A stretch of 63,958 nt of DNA, counting the filler, from Octopus bimaculoides (lineage: Eukaryota): assembly GCF_001194135.2 (NCBI RefSeq). It is 9 parts of 6 records of this genome, joined end to end, with 100 filler letters (N's around TTAATTAATTAA, not from the genome) between each part and the next. Parts side by side here need not be neighbours in the genome. Positions count along the whole stretch, not along the records: positions 1 to 4,263 come from NC_068982.1; positions 4,364 to 10,625 come from NW_026355781.1; positions 10,726 to 37,059 come from NC_068992.1; 6 more parts are not named here. One strand, written 5' to 3'. Both the position numbers and the translations under genes were made by a program. Position 1 is the stretch's first letter, and each line of letters begins with the position of its first letter. Below, piece by piece: positions 1 through 11,720 of the stretch. The notes under the pieces are model-generated. The model worked only from the letters and a program-made list of their open reading frames with translations, did not search any database and had not been told where the DNA came from.

Positions 1-262
1 TCTCGCACGAAAAATATCATGTGTCGCCCACACATGAGCCAGTCCAGGGGCACTGGCAACGATCCCGCTTGAAAGATATGTGTCGCCCGCACATGAGCCA
101 GTCCAGGGGCACTGGCAACGATCCCGCTCGTAAGATTTCATGTGTCGCCCGCACATGAGCCAGTCCAGGGGCACTGGCATCGAACCCGCTCGAAAGATTT
201 CATGTGTCACCTGCACATGAGCCAGTCCAGGGGCACCGGCAACGATCTCGCACCAAAAAATC
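1..262 (-). repeat. ~61-bp tandem array (4+ units), internal VNTR of SINE family D
   Basis: Unit catgtgtcgcccgcacatgagccagtccaggggcactggcaacgatcccgctcgaaagattt repeats from ~18, 78, 139, 201. It matches internal segments of the family D copies at 55800-55887 and (reverse complement) 1380-1430. Confidence 0.8.
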
Positions 263-509
263 AGATAGTTATATTTTATATTTTAAAGGAAAGTACACTT
301 TATCTCTCTTCTCTCTGGACTGTGTTATTTTTAAATCACATGTTGCTTCATAACAATTGGTTTATATATTTTTAATCTGTCCTAATATTTCAGTTTTGTT
401 GAGTCTTGCAAATATTCTTTGCTAGTTTTTTTTTTTTAATTCATCTTATAAGCCTGAAAAGAAGTTTGACTTTATCAGATACTTTTAAATGCCAGCATTT
501 CTTCCTTTC

Positions 510-900
510 GTGGAGGTGCAATGGCCCAGTGGTTAGGACAGCGGACTCGCGGTCATAGGATCGCGATTTCAATTCCCAGACTGGGCATTGTGAGAGTTTA
601 TTGAGCGAAAACACCTAAAGCTTTACGAGGCTCCAGCAGGGGATGGTGGTGAACCCTGCTGTACACATTCACCACAACTTTCTCTCACTCTTATTTCCTG
701 TTTCTGTTGTGCCTGTAATTCAAAGGGTCAGCCTTGTCACACTGTGTGACGCTGAATATCCCCGAGAACTACGTTAAGGGTACACGTGTCTGTGGAGTGC
801 TCAGCAACTTGCACGTTAATTTCACGAGCAGGCTGTTCCATTGATCAGATCAACTGGAACCCTCGATGTCACAAGCGATGGAGTGCCAACAACAACAACA
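510..900 (+). mobile_element. Full-length tRNA-derived SINE, family A
   Basis: A-box-like TGGCCCAGTGG, B-box-like TTTCAATTCC, (CAA)n tail, 13-bp TSD atttcttcctttc at 497-509 and 901-913. Second copy at 34128-34515. Confidence 0.92.
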
Positions 901-964
901 ATTTCTTCCTTTCACAATTTCAGAATATTTTTCAGTATGACTTGAAGATATAGTCTAACCATCA

Positions 965-1190
965 ATTTAGCATCATGAGTCAGACAGAATTTATTGAGGT
1001 AGATTTTTTTTTACAGCCAGATGCCCTTTCTGTTTTCGATCATCACCTGTTTCCAAGCAAAGTAAATATTTCCCCATAACTGGACACATGTCCACAGAAG
1101 ACTGGAAAGACAGCACTTGTTCAACTCTGATGTTCATTTATAACTATCACATGATGTCAAGAGAAGGAGACATAAACACTCATATGTGCA
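965..1190 (-). mobile_element. Degenerate SINE related to family D
   Basis: Reverse strand carries gggcatctggctgtaaaa, matching the ggcatccagctgtagaaa core of family D. Confidence 0.45.
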
Positions 1191-1244
1191 TACATCAATG
1201 CATGCACACACATTTGTACACACACACAAACATACACTCACACC

Positions 1245-1610
1245 GGTGGCACGTAAAAAGCACCATTTGAGCATGAGCGTTTCCAGCTTCGCCTTACTGG
1301 CACTGGTGCTGGTGGCATGTGAACAAAACATTGGACTGACTCCTGTGTAGGTGGCACATAAAAAACACCATTTGAGTGTGGCCGTTGCCAGTACCACTGG
1401 ACTGGCCCTCATGCTGGTGGCACGTAAAAAGCACCCACTACACTCTCAGAGTGGTTGGCATTAGGAAGGGCATCCAGCTGTAGAAACTCTGCCAGATCAG
1501 ACTGGAACCTGGTGCAGCCATCCGTTTCACCAGTCCTCAGTTAAATCGTCCAACCCATGCTAGCATGGAAAGTAGATGCTAAACTATGATGATGATGATG
1601 ATGATGATGA
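1245..1610 (+). mobile_element. SINE family D, 3' part with (GAT)n tail
   Basis: Internal ggtggcacgtaaaaagcacc repeats, core ggaagggcatccagctgtagaaac, tail ccaacccatgctagcatggaaag...(gat)n. Homologous copies at 4052, 18819, 55572, 55659. Confidence 0.85.
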
Positions 1611-1624
1611 TATATATACAGTAA

Positions 1625-1785
1625 GTTCCTTTCAGCTTCCATCAACCAAATCCACTCACAAGTTTTTGCTCAACTCACGGCTATAGTTGATGCTGCTTGC
1701 TCAAAGTGCCCTGCCATGGAACTGAACCCAAAATGACGTGGTTGGACAGCAAACTTCTTAATCACACAATCGCACCTGCTCCTAT
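1625..1785 (-). mobile_element. SINE family B, 5' half, degenerate
   Basis: Reverse complement aligns to the tRNA-like head of the family B copies at 30735 and 43914. Confidence 0.7.
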
Positions 1786-2701
1786 CTGCATTTTATCTCA
1801 ATATCAATATTTTTCAGTTCAGTACCCGAAAGCTCTTTCGGTTTTTTACTGAGTCAATTCATAACCATAAAAGTCTTTGACAATTATTTATACTTCATTT
1901 ATAATTTTTCTTTAAATATTTATTATCAAAAAAACACATTAATCTTTTTTTCAGTTTTTCCGCATTGGTCTCTATGCAACTTATCCACAAGATTCAACTG
2001 TCATAATAAGTCATTTGAATTGGTACTGCTTGATAGAACACAATTTTTTTTATCCTAGCATGCATATTGACTCACAGATGTTTATATATTTCTATCAATC
2101 ATAAAGATTCAACTGATGGAATTAGCTTCCTTCATCCCTGACTTGAGAGTAAGTGACCCTTGTCTAAGTTATCTCAGTCATTTGAGGACTGCATCATATG
2201 TACTGCTATTTATGCTCTATCAATTCCAAATTTATAATATTAAACAATTAATAAAGACAAAATAAAAATAATCTGAGAAAATGCATGCTATGTTTCTTTA
2301 TTTACAGTTGAAAATATTTTCTGCACCATGTAATGCACAGTACATATGTGTATGTATGTGTGCATATATATAGATACATACTCATGTGCACATATGTGTA
2401 TATACAAGTACATATGTATATGTATATACACACACAAACACATGCACACATATATACAAATCAAAGTATACATTATTATAAATCAATCACTGTGAATTTT
2501 ACCAATCAGCTGCACACTTGGCTATTAGATAACCAGATATTAAATGACATGGCAGTGAACTAACACCATTGTGTTCTTCAGAGGTGGCAGTTATGGTAAA
2601 AATATGACAACTGTTCTCTGATATTGGAAGTTGAAAAATGCCTTATCTGGTTTGAGGATGCAGTAAAAGATGAAATGAAATACATATATGTGCATGCATG
2701 A

Positions 2702-2703
<2 letters not shown>

Positions 2704-2750
<47 letters not shown>
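2704..2750. repeat. (GT)n microsatellite
   Basis: Direct reading. Confidence 0.95.
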
Positions 2751-2753
<3 letters not shown>

Positions 2754-2789
2754 TGGTATAAAGAAAAAATATATATCATGGGATGATAT

Positions 2790-3990
2790 GTGAAAAGGTA
2801 CAGAGATTCAATATAACTGAAAAACTGGGCTAGTGGTTACATGACTTCTTAAAAGACTATAGCCAGGCTATAGCAGCCAATGGGATCCTCTTCAAGGAGA
2901 CAGTAATTGCAAGTGAAATGTCCCAGAGAACTGTCTTGGGGTGGCTACTCTTTATGGTAGATCTGTTGGACATGCCATCAATTACATATACTGCTACACT
3001 TACTAGCTAAAACAACGATACAAAAGTAGTACAAGCAGTCAAGGAATCTTCTAATGCTAATCTTCTACAGAAAGACATAGATGCCACATATAAATGGGCT
3101 GAAGCAAGCAACATGCAGTTTAATGCAGGAAAATTCAAAGCCCTCTGCTACCAGCCAGCTTGTGCTAACATGATGTAACATGATACTTTGGACCAAAAGG
3201 AGCAGCAATCCTAGAGTCAAACATAGTACATGATCTGGGAACTGATATGAGCAACAGTGCCTTGTTTCATATACATATCACCTAGATGGTGACAATGTGT
3301 AAGCAACTGGCTGGTTGGATTTTGAAAACTTTCAGAACAAGGGACCAGAAAACTATGCTGGTTTTATAGAGGGCATTTGTCTTTAGTAATTTGGACTACT
3401 GCTCTCAACTGTAGTCACCCTACAATATCAAATTAACAGTGGAGCTTGAGGAAGTTCAGCAATGCTACACCAGGAAGACCACATCAAGGAAACGTCTGAG
3501 CTACTGGAAGGGACTGAAAAATTTGCAACTCTACTCCTTGGAGTGAAGCTGGGAGAGGTATGCAGTGATGCACATATAGAACATCTTAGAGGGGTTGGCA
3601 CCAAACTTTGGCATCAAGAGTTATACCAGCACCCTGAACTGGATATCACTGCTCTCTTCCAAAGGTCCCACTCATCCCATCTAGAATAAGGACTAAGTAT
3701 GGTAATTGTTGGAGATCCAAAGGCCCACAGCTATTTAATATCTTGGCAAAACATCTGAGAGATCTGCACAAATTGGGGCCAGCTGTTTTTAAGAAAAATC
3801 TTGACCTCCTACCATCCAAGTCCCAGATGTATTTATGTCATGGCAACAAACTCAAAAGAGGGTAGCAATATCACACTCCTTCCTTCACCAAAAGCCAATC
3901 ACAGAGAATGGCCATAGAAAAGGTGATAATACTGGTGGTGCCCCAGCATGGTCACAACCTTTGGACTGAAGTGCATAAAAGAATAAAAGA
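2790..3990 (+). mobile_element. Decayed CR1-type LINE: RT C-terminal half plus 3' tail
   Basis: Broken translation gives SEMSQRTVLGWLLFM (cf. SGVPQGxVLGPLLF), a decayed YADDTK, LQKDIDATYKWAEASNMQFNAGKFK, TFRTRDQKTML and LDYCSQL. Many stops. Homologous to 37625-38705. Confidence 0.85.
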
Positions 3991-4051
3991 GTACAATATA
4001 TATGTATGTATGTATGTCTTTATGTACGTATACATGTGTGTGTGTGTATGT

Positions 4052-4246
4052 ATCATCATCATCATCATCATTTAGCATTTGTTTTCCATGCTAGCATGGG
4101 TTAGACTGTTTGACTGGAACTGGTAAGCTGGAGAGCTGTACCAGATCTGATTCTGGCTTGGTTTCTACAACTGGATGTCCTTCCTAATGTCAACCAATCC
4201 AAGAGTGTAGTGGGTGCCCCTGACATGTCACAGGCATGGGTGCCTT
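4052..4246 (-). mobile_element. SINE family D, 3' part
   Basis: (CAT)n then ttccatgctagcatgggtt and ctggatgtccttcctaat, i.e. the reverse complement of the family D tail and core. Confidence 0.8.
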
Positions 4247-4263
4247 ATATATATATATATATA

Positions 4264-4363
4264 NNNNNNNNNNNNNNNNNNNNNNNNNNNNNNNNNNNNN
4301 NNNNNNNTTAATTAATTAANNNNNNNNNNNNNNNNNNNNNNNNNNNNNNNNNNNNNNNNNNNN
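4264..4363. other. Artificial assembly spacer 1 (44N-TTAATTAATTAA-44N)
   Basis: Exactly 100 nt; the 12-mer has stops in all six frames; identical architecture at 8 sites. Confidence 0.95.
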
Positions 4364-4490
4364 TATCGACCCCGAAAGGATGAAAGGCAAAGTCGACCTA
4401 GGAGGAATTTGAACTCAGAACGTAAAGGCAGATGAAATACCGCTAAGCATTTCTCCCGGCGTGCTAACGTTTCTGCCAGCTCGCCGTCTT
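4364..4490 (-). mobile_element. SINE family C, truncated by spacer
   Basis: tatcgaccccgaaaggatgaaaggcaaagtcgac...ttctgccagctcgccg matches the copies at 10177, 19247, 36008. Confidence 0.85.
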
Positions 4491-4603
4491 CTGTCGACAC
4501 GTGTTTCTTGTCTGTAATTGTCGTTAGCACAGCGGGTGTGTTACATAAGCATATGTAAGAGATGTGTTTTTGCATGTTTATCTTTCTAGGTGTGTGAGTA
4601 TTA

Positions 4604-4659
<56 letters not shown>

Positions 4660-4670
4660 AACCTATCTAC

Positions 4671-4711
<41 letters not shown>
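4604..4711. repeat. (TATC)n microsatellite
   Basis: Direct reading. Confidence 0.95.
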
Positions 4712-4929
4712 CAATGCACACAAAAGCTCTGAGTGAAAAATTACATAATATTCACTGCTTTAAATATTAAAGTACCACTTCGTCAGACTTGTATCAAATG
4801 GTTATCTCTTACATTGTGCGTTTCACAAGACTCCACTTCAAAAGAGTAAATTGTCTCGAGCTTCTCAAGAGTGGAAATAGCTTTCCGGGACATCAATACA
4901 CACATATTTATATATGTATGAGTGCGTGG

Positions 4930-5117
4930 TTTTGTGCGTGTGTTCATCCCCGGTTTTGTCTCGTTTTATGTCCGCCTAACGTTGGACAAAGTATGATACA
5001 ATAAGTACGAGGCTTAGGAAATAAGTACTAGAATGGATTCGTTCGACTAAACACTTGAAGGCATTGCACCAGCATGGCCGCAATCTTATAACAGAAACAA
5101 TTAAAAGATAAAAAGAT
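4930..5117 (+). mobile_element. SINE family B, 3' half, degenerate
   Basis: aataagtac...gttcgactaa...ccagcatggccgca...gaaac tail. Confidence 0.6.
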
Positions 5118-5120
5118 GAA

Positions 5121-5156
<36 letters not shown>

Positions 5157-6150
5157 GAATTCGTATTGTTCTTATATAANNNNNNNNNNNNNNNNNNNNN
5201 NNNNNNNNNNNNNNNNNNNNNNNNNNNNNNNNNNNNNNNNNNNNNNNNNNNNNNNNNNNNNNNNNNNNNNNNNNNNNNNNNNNNNNNNNNNNNNNNNNNN
5301 NNNNNNNNNNNNNNNNNNNNNNNNNNNNNNNNNNNNNNNNNNNNNNNNNNNNNNNNNNNNNNNNNNNNNNNNNNNNNNNNNNNNNNNNNNNNNNNNNNNN
5401 NNNNNNNNNNNNNNNNNNNNNNNNNNNNNNNNNNNNNNNNNNNNNNNNNNNNNNNNNNNNNNNNNNNNNNNNNNNNNNNNNNNNNNNNNNNNNNNNNNNN
5501 NNNNNNNNNNNNNNNNNNNNNNNNNNNNNNNNNNNNNNNNNNNNNNNNNNNNNNNNNNNNNNNNNNNNNNNNNNNNNNNNNNNNNNNNNNNNNNNNNNNN
5601 NNNNNNNNNNNNNNNNNNNNNNNNNNNNNNNNNNNNNNNNNNNNNNNNNNNNNNNNNNNNNNNNNNNNNNNNNNNNNNNNNNNNNNNNNNNNNNNNNNNN
5701 NNNNNNNNNNNNNNNNNNNNNNNNNNNNNNNNNNNNNNNNNNNNNNNNNNNNNNNNNNNNNNNNNNNNNNNNNNNNNNNNNNNNNNNNNNNNNNNNNNNN
5801 NNNNNNNNNNNNNNNNNNNNNNNNNNNNNNNNNNNNNNNNNNNNNNNNNNNNNNNNNNNNNNNNNNNNNNNNNNNNNNNNNNNNNNNNNNNNNNNNNNNN
5901 NNNNNNNNNNNNNNNNNNNNNNNNNNNNNNNNNNNNNNNNNNNNNNNNNNNNNNNNNNNNNNNNNNNNNNNNNNNNNNNNNNNNNNNNNNNNNNNNNNNN
6001 NNNNNNNNNNNNNNNNNNNATATATATATGTATGTATATATATATATATAAACACACACAAATATACACGAACTCATGTATTTTCCTCTCTCCAACCTCT
6101 ACGGCTCTCACTCACACACGTGTGCTCACACTCTTCATATTTCTCTCTCT

Positions 6151-6185
<35 letters not shown>

Positions 6186-6947
6186 ACACTCTACTGCTTT
6201 CGGTGACTTGCTCTTCCTATCTTTTACTCTGTATATATTTAATTTCATTTTCAATGTCACTGTTAATTTCATACAAAGAGGGAAAAAAAATGCAAGTCGT
6301 TTCTTTCCTTCAATATCTCTTACCCACACACCCTCTCCCTCTCCTTCTCTCTCTACGTATGTCCGGTAAAAACGGATATATTCCTGTTCACATCTCGTTC
6401 TCATTTTATTGTCTATGTGTCTGTGTGTCACGCCTTCTCACCTTCTCACCTGCGTTTATTTATAGTGGAAATAGTCTTGTTTCAGGCAAAATTTTCTCTC
6501 GCTGACTCTTGCCGACACGCCTGGATGTGGAAACTGAGAATAACGTCTACAATGGAATTTCTTCCATCGCCTACTCACCCCACCCCCTTTATCCTCGTTT
6601 TATGTATGTATGCATGCATGTATGTATGATTGTATGTATGTATGTATGTATGTATGTATGTATGTATCTATCTATCTATCTATCTTTGTATAAATACGTT
6701 CATACATATATATGTATATATATATATANNNNNNNNNNNNNNNNNNNNNNNNNNNNNNNNNNNNNNNNNNNNNNNNNNNNNNNNNNNNNNNNNNNNNNNN
6801 NNNNNNNNNNNNNNNNNNNNNNNNNNNNNNNNNNNNNNNNNNNNNNNNNNNNNATATATATATGTATGTATGTATGAACGTATATATATATATGTGAGAG
6901 AGAGAGAGTAGGAGAGAGAGAAGGGGGGAAATTGTTTATTGCCTCAC

Positions 6948-7038
6948 CGGAAGGAGAATAGGAGAGTTGATTTGGTGGTGTTGGTGGTTGTGGAGGAGGG
7001 GTTGAAAACGATCCTGAGTCTTCAAACGAATTGTAGTT
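6948..7038 (-). CDS. Candidate internal exon (NYNSFEDSGSFSTPPPQPPTPPNQLSYSPS), unidentified
   Basis: Donor CCG|gtgagg, weak acceptor aaatttag, 91 nt open reading, non-repeat sequence. No homology recognised. Confidence 0.3.
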
Positions 7039-7485
7039 CTAAATTTTATTTTATACAAAGTTTTTAAAATACCATACCGGTTTCTATAATTTTTTGTTTT
7101 TCTTACCACGTGTGTGTGTGTGTTTGTGTGTATGTAGGCGTATATGCATGCCTGCATATATAAATGCATATGTCAAAAGTAACACTATACAGCGTTAGCA
7201 GGAATAAACACGTTATATTTTTCTTCTTAGTAAATACTCATATATAGTTTAGCTGCATAGTATACATATTGTGATCAAACCTCGTTCTTCTCTGAGCCCC
7301 AAAATAAATAAATGAATAGATACATAGAAAATAATGAAATAATATATTATTAAATGTGAATTGTGTCAACTTGCATAACAATTTTATCAGAGATCACTGT
7401 ATCATTCCATTGTCCACAGTTAGAATAACAGCATATATAATTTAGATCTAAATAAAATGTAAAACATTGAAGAAAAATATTCTAA

Positions 7486-7898
7486 CAGGTGTGTCTATGT
7501 GATAAGAAGCTTGCTTCTCAACCACAAGGTTCTGGGTTCAATTCCACTGCGTGGCACCTTTGGCAAATGTCTTCTACTGTAGCCTCGGGCCGACCAAAGT
7601 CTTGTGAGGGGATTTGGTAGACAGAAACTGAAGGAAGCCCGTCGTATATACATATATGTGTGTATGTGTGTATTTATGTGCATGTGTCTGTGTCTATGTT
7701 TGTTCCCCCGCCATCGCTTGACCACTGATGTTGGCGTGTTAACGTCCCTGTAACCTAGCGATTCGGCAAAACAGACCGATATAAGTACTAGGCTTAAAAA
7801 AAGCAAGTCCTGGAGTCAACTTGCTCGACTAAATTCTTTCAAGGTGGTGCTCCAGCATGGACGCAGTCAAATGACTGAAACAAGTAAATAAATAAAAG
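7486..7898 (+). mobile_element. SINE family B, near full length
   Basis: Head ggttcaattccactgcgtggcacc, internal (TA)/(TG) tract, tail ggtgctccagcatggacgcagtcaaatgactgaaac. Confidence 0.88.
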
Positions 7899-8379
7899 AA
7901 TTATATTTATTCATATTGTTCTCATCATCTCGTTTATTGATCACTTTTGTAGACAACTGCACAGAAATGTATTCTTGTTGTAGTATGAGAAATAACTTCT
8001 ATTACTTCCGCTTTAGCGAAGGTGGAGGTATTGTTTTCAGTTGTATTGGAGGTATTGTTTTTCTGTGGACAAGATATCTCAAGAACCGCTGGATGGATTC
8101 GGATGAAACTTTCGGGGATGTCTGGTCTTGTGACTGGCACGAATTGATTAGCTTTTGGGATCGACTCGGTAACGGACAAGGATTCTGGATTATTTTTCCG
8201 TGCTTTTAACTTAATTTTTGAGAGCGCTCGGGTTCATTTTTAGTATTCTCGTCTGCGAGAGCAGTCGAGTTTATTTAAGATATTCTCATTTTAAAAATTA
8301 TCTCCGGCTAATCGTTGAAATGACGTTGGTGTTGCCTCGGCGGAGTTTTGTGCTTTCCGAGTGCTCTTGCTTGATATCT

Positions 8380-8545
8380 TTTACTGGACACCTTGTTAGA
8401 ATGAAGGATAGCAGGATCCCTAAACAGATGCTATATGGGGAACTTGTTAGTAGAAAGAGACCCTGGCAGAAATCAAAGCTGCGATTTAAGGACTGTATCA
8501 AGTCCTCATTAAAGGCCTGTGCTATGCAGGAGACCGGCATGTAAA
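8380..8545 (+). mobile_element. RTE-clade LINE fragment, C-terminal ORF
   Basis: GHLVRMKDSRIPKQMLYGELVSRKRPWQKSKLRFKDCIKSSLK fits the RTE C-terminal motif GHxxRMxDxRIPKQxLYGEL...RxKD. Confidence 0.85.
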
Positions 8546-8552
8546 GTATACA

Positions 8553-8586
<34 letters not shown>

Positions 8587-8960
8587 CATATATACATATG
8601 TATATAAATGTGTGTCTGTATTACACACACATGTCTGCCAGAATACGGCTTTCATTCGCTTAATTCAAATATTTTCCTTCTATTTTACCCTCATAGCTCG
8701 CACGATCATGTTCACTCTCACCTCCACTGCTACCCATGAATATAAGCGTTTTTCTTGATAACTTTCATATAATATTTCAACATGTACTTAAATAAGAGAT
8801 AATTTAAGAGGAAACACACTCATATTACCAACAGAAAGACCGGAAACGAAAAAACGTGAAATTTAAAGTACTGAAAATAATGATCATTTAAATTTTTTAA
8901 GTTTTTGAAGAATGCTCTACATTTACATACTGAGTTATGTATTTCATTGCTTCTTGGTAA

Positions 8961-8994
<34 letters not shown>

Positions 8995-9216
8995 ATTACT
9001 GTGTGATACACGATCCCTATTGATCNNNNNNNNNNNNNNNNNNNNNNNNNNNNNNNNNNNNNNNNNNNNNNNNNNNNNNNNNNNNNNNNNNNNNNNNNNN
9101 NNNNNNNNNNNNNNNNNNNNNNNNNNNNNNNNNNNNNNNNNNNNNNNNNNNNNNNNNNNNNNNNNNNNNNNNNNNNNNNNNNNNNNNNNNNNNNNNNNNN
9201 NNNNNNNNNNNNNNNN

Positions 9217-9251
<35 letters not shown>

Positions 9252-9360
9252 GACTATATTAATAATATCAAGGGTAATGAGAAACATTAGAAATTTCCTA
9301 TTACCAGTGGCCTATCGTTTAAAGATTTAGTCAATAGACTATATATTATTCATATAAATA

Positions 9361-9890
9361 CAGTGCACATTTAAACAGATAAGAGGCATCCAACATAGGA
9401 TTCCTTGCACGCTAGATAGAACAGTTAAATTCCAAACCACTATTTAGCGATAAAGTTCCGAAGGGAATGAAAAATAAAAACATTTACCATCTAACTCTCG
9501 GACTAATGGTTTCAGACTTATTTTAGCACCTTAGATTAAACATATATACACGAGGCAATCCAGTATATGCCCCATGCTTATACATTCTAATTTTTCAAAT
9601 CTACCGCGCAAGCGCAGCTTCTTATCGGTAGTAAATAAAAATGCCGGCTTCTCAAATCTACCGCGCAAGCGAGCCCGTTGTCGGCAGTAAATAAAAATGC
9701 CGCCTAGCAAATTATTCTATTTGCTAAAACAAGTCTGAAACCATTGGTCCAGGAGTTAGATGGTAAATATTTTTTTATTTTTCCTTCCCTTTGATGTTTT
9801 ATCCCTAAATAGTGGTTTGGAATTTAACTGTTCTTTCTAGCGTGCAATGAATCCTATGATGATGCCTCTTATGTGTTTAAATGTGCACTG
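9361..9890. mobile_element. Tc1/mariner-type MITE with ~170-bp terminal inverted repeats
   Basis: TA|CAGTGCACATTTAAAC...GTTTAAATGTGCACTG|TA. Arms ~9361-9530 and ~9722-9890 are imperfect reverse complements. No ORF. Confidence 0.88.
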
Positions 9891-10176
9891 TATCACATGG
9901 CATGAAAATCATTGTTGTATTTCATATTTGAATTATCCGACCCCAGTGCTCGGTACTAAATCTATTACACCCGGTAGCATACGAACCAAAGCCGACCCCG
10001 CCGGTAGTTCTAAGTCCACAGCTCAATCAAATCCCGTTGCGTTCGACGTAGACTTTCAATATTTCGCGGGCGATAAAATAAATATCAGTTAAGGGCTAGG
10101 GTCGATGTGATCAACTATAATCCCAAATTTAAGGCTTGGTGTCCCTTGTCGAAAGGGTTATTATATATTTTTATTC

Positions 10177-10388
10177 GGGCAGCGAGCTGGCAGAATCGTT
10201 AGCACGCCGAGCAAAATGCTTAGCGCATTTCGTCCATCTTTACCTTTTGAGTTCAAATTTCGCCGATGCCGACTTTGCCTTTCCTCCATCGGTGGGTGGA
10301 TAAATTAGGTACCAGTCAAGCACTGGTGTCAATGTAATCGACTTACCCCTCCCCCAAAATTTCAGGCCTTGTGCCTGTAGTAGAAAGG

Positions 10389-10437
<49 letters not shown>
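10177..10437 (+). mobile_element. SINE family C with (ATT)n tail
   Basis: ggcagcgagctggcagaatcgttagcacg head, gagttcaaatt B-box-like, gactttgcctttc core. Confidence 0.88.
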
Positions 10438-10438
<1 letters not shown>

Positions 10439-10625
10439 GATTAACAAAACTTCGATGGCAAGAAAACTACAATCAGTCATTGACGGATCGGGACAGATGG
10501 TTCTTCCTCAGCTCCGCGCAGATGAGTCCGGTTTTTCGTCTTTTTCTTATCCAAGAGTTTTGAACCTAATATTTTAACGCTATTACATAACGTTTTATCT
10601 ACTATGAGTTCCCCAAAAATTGATG

Positions 10626-10725
10626 NNNNNNNNNNNNNNNNNNNNNNNNNNNNNNNNNNNNNNNNNNNNTTAATTAATTAANNNNNNNNNNNNNNNNNNN
10701 NNNNNNNNNNNNNNNNNNNNNNNNN
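10626..10725. other. Artificial assembly spacer 2
   Basis: 44N-TTAATTAATTAA-44N. Confidence 0.95.
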
Positions 10726-10747
10726 ATACATATATATATGTATATTT

Positions 10748-10913
10748 ATGACGGGCTTCTTTCAGGTTCCGTCTACCAAATCCACTTATAAGGCTTTGGT
10801 AGGCCCGAGGTTATAGTAGAGGACACTTGCCCAAGGTGCCACGCTGCGGTTCTGAACCCGGAGCCATGTGGTTGGTAAGCAAGCTACTTACCACGTAGCC
10901 ACTCCTGCGCCTA
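10748..10913 (-). mobile_element. SINE family B, 5' half
   Basis: gacgggcttctttc...gacacttgcccaaggtgccacgc...actcctgcgcctat; breaks off at its internal microsatellite. Confidence 0.88.
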
Positions 10914-11469
10914 TATATATATATATATATACACACTTTGTGGTGGAATTCCTTCCATAGGAAATAGACGATCCTATCAATTATCGATATATTATGCTAC
11001 AACGAGATCTCCGTACTAAATCGCTTATTTCACATAATTTCCACGTGAAGGTATAAGCTATATAGAAGCTTCATTTATCACTTTAAGCCCTTATAATTCT
11101 ACCGTAAGAACTAGCCCTCCTCTTTTTTTTTTAACTGTATCATAATTCTCCCTCCCTCCATCTTTTACCAGCATACCGTAGTCTCCTTCCTACTCTACCG
11201 ACCTTTATCCTTGTATAAGTATGACAGACATATTGTTCACGTCATCTCCGCCTGCTTTTCTTTAGTATTACAGACATTTGCTACTTACTGCCATGCACCT
11301 GGTATTGTCTATTCATTGACAAACCTCCCTATTTGCATGTTCACTTCCTTCCCTTATAATTTACTTTATCTCTCTTTTTTAAATTATCAACTGATGTCTT
11401 CATAGTACTAATTTCTCTTTAGTCACCCTACGCTTCTACGTTTTCTCCTTTTTCTTTTTCTTCCTTCTA

Positions 11470-11720
11470 GTTGTTTCTTTACTCTCTACCCTATTTCCTG
11501 CAATTTCATATATTTATAAACACTGCTATGAACTACGCTTTTTGCCGCATTCTTCCAGCAAGGATGAACCGGCCTTACCGAACGAATCCGCAGGAACTCA
11601 TGTTGTTCCATACACCTATATATTATGGGTCTTCATTACGAAACGAACGTGGCTACGGCCTAAACCATGATTCACCCGAAACGGCTGTCAAGATAGGACT
11701 ATTAATTAATTCCTTTTACT
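11470..11720 (+). mobile_element. Possible Penelope-like terminal-repeat remnant
   Basis: cccgaaacggctgtcaagat resembles the GAAAC half of a Penelope hammerhead context; heavily decayed; recognition from memory only. Confidence 0.2.

Noticed and set aside
1-262. CRISPR-like array (palindromic repeats with short variable linkers)
   Set aside because: Linkers are homologous to each other rather than unique spacers, the unit belongs to a SINE, the context is eukaryotic, and there are no cas genes.
510-590. tRNA genes (also heads of families B, C, E)
   Set aside because: A/B-box-like motifs run straight into SINE bodies; no complete cloverleaf could be folded.
4308-4319. TTAATTAATTAA as a recurring regulatory or homeodomain motif
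   Set aside because: Always centred in exactly 44+44 N; synthetic linker.
4976-6206. Long ORFs in the supplied track (also 15003-15911, 16539-17429, 22509-23345, 26804-28156, 48319-49427, 49921-50919)
   Set aside because: They are open only because they cross N runs and dinucleotide repeats.
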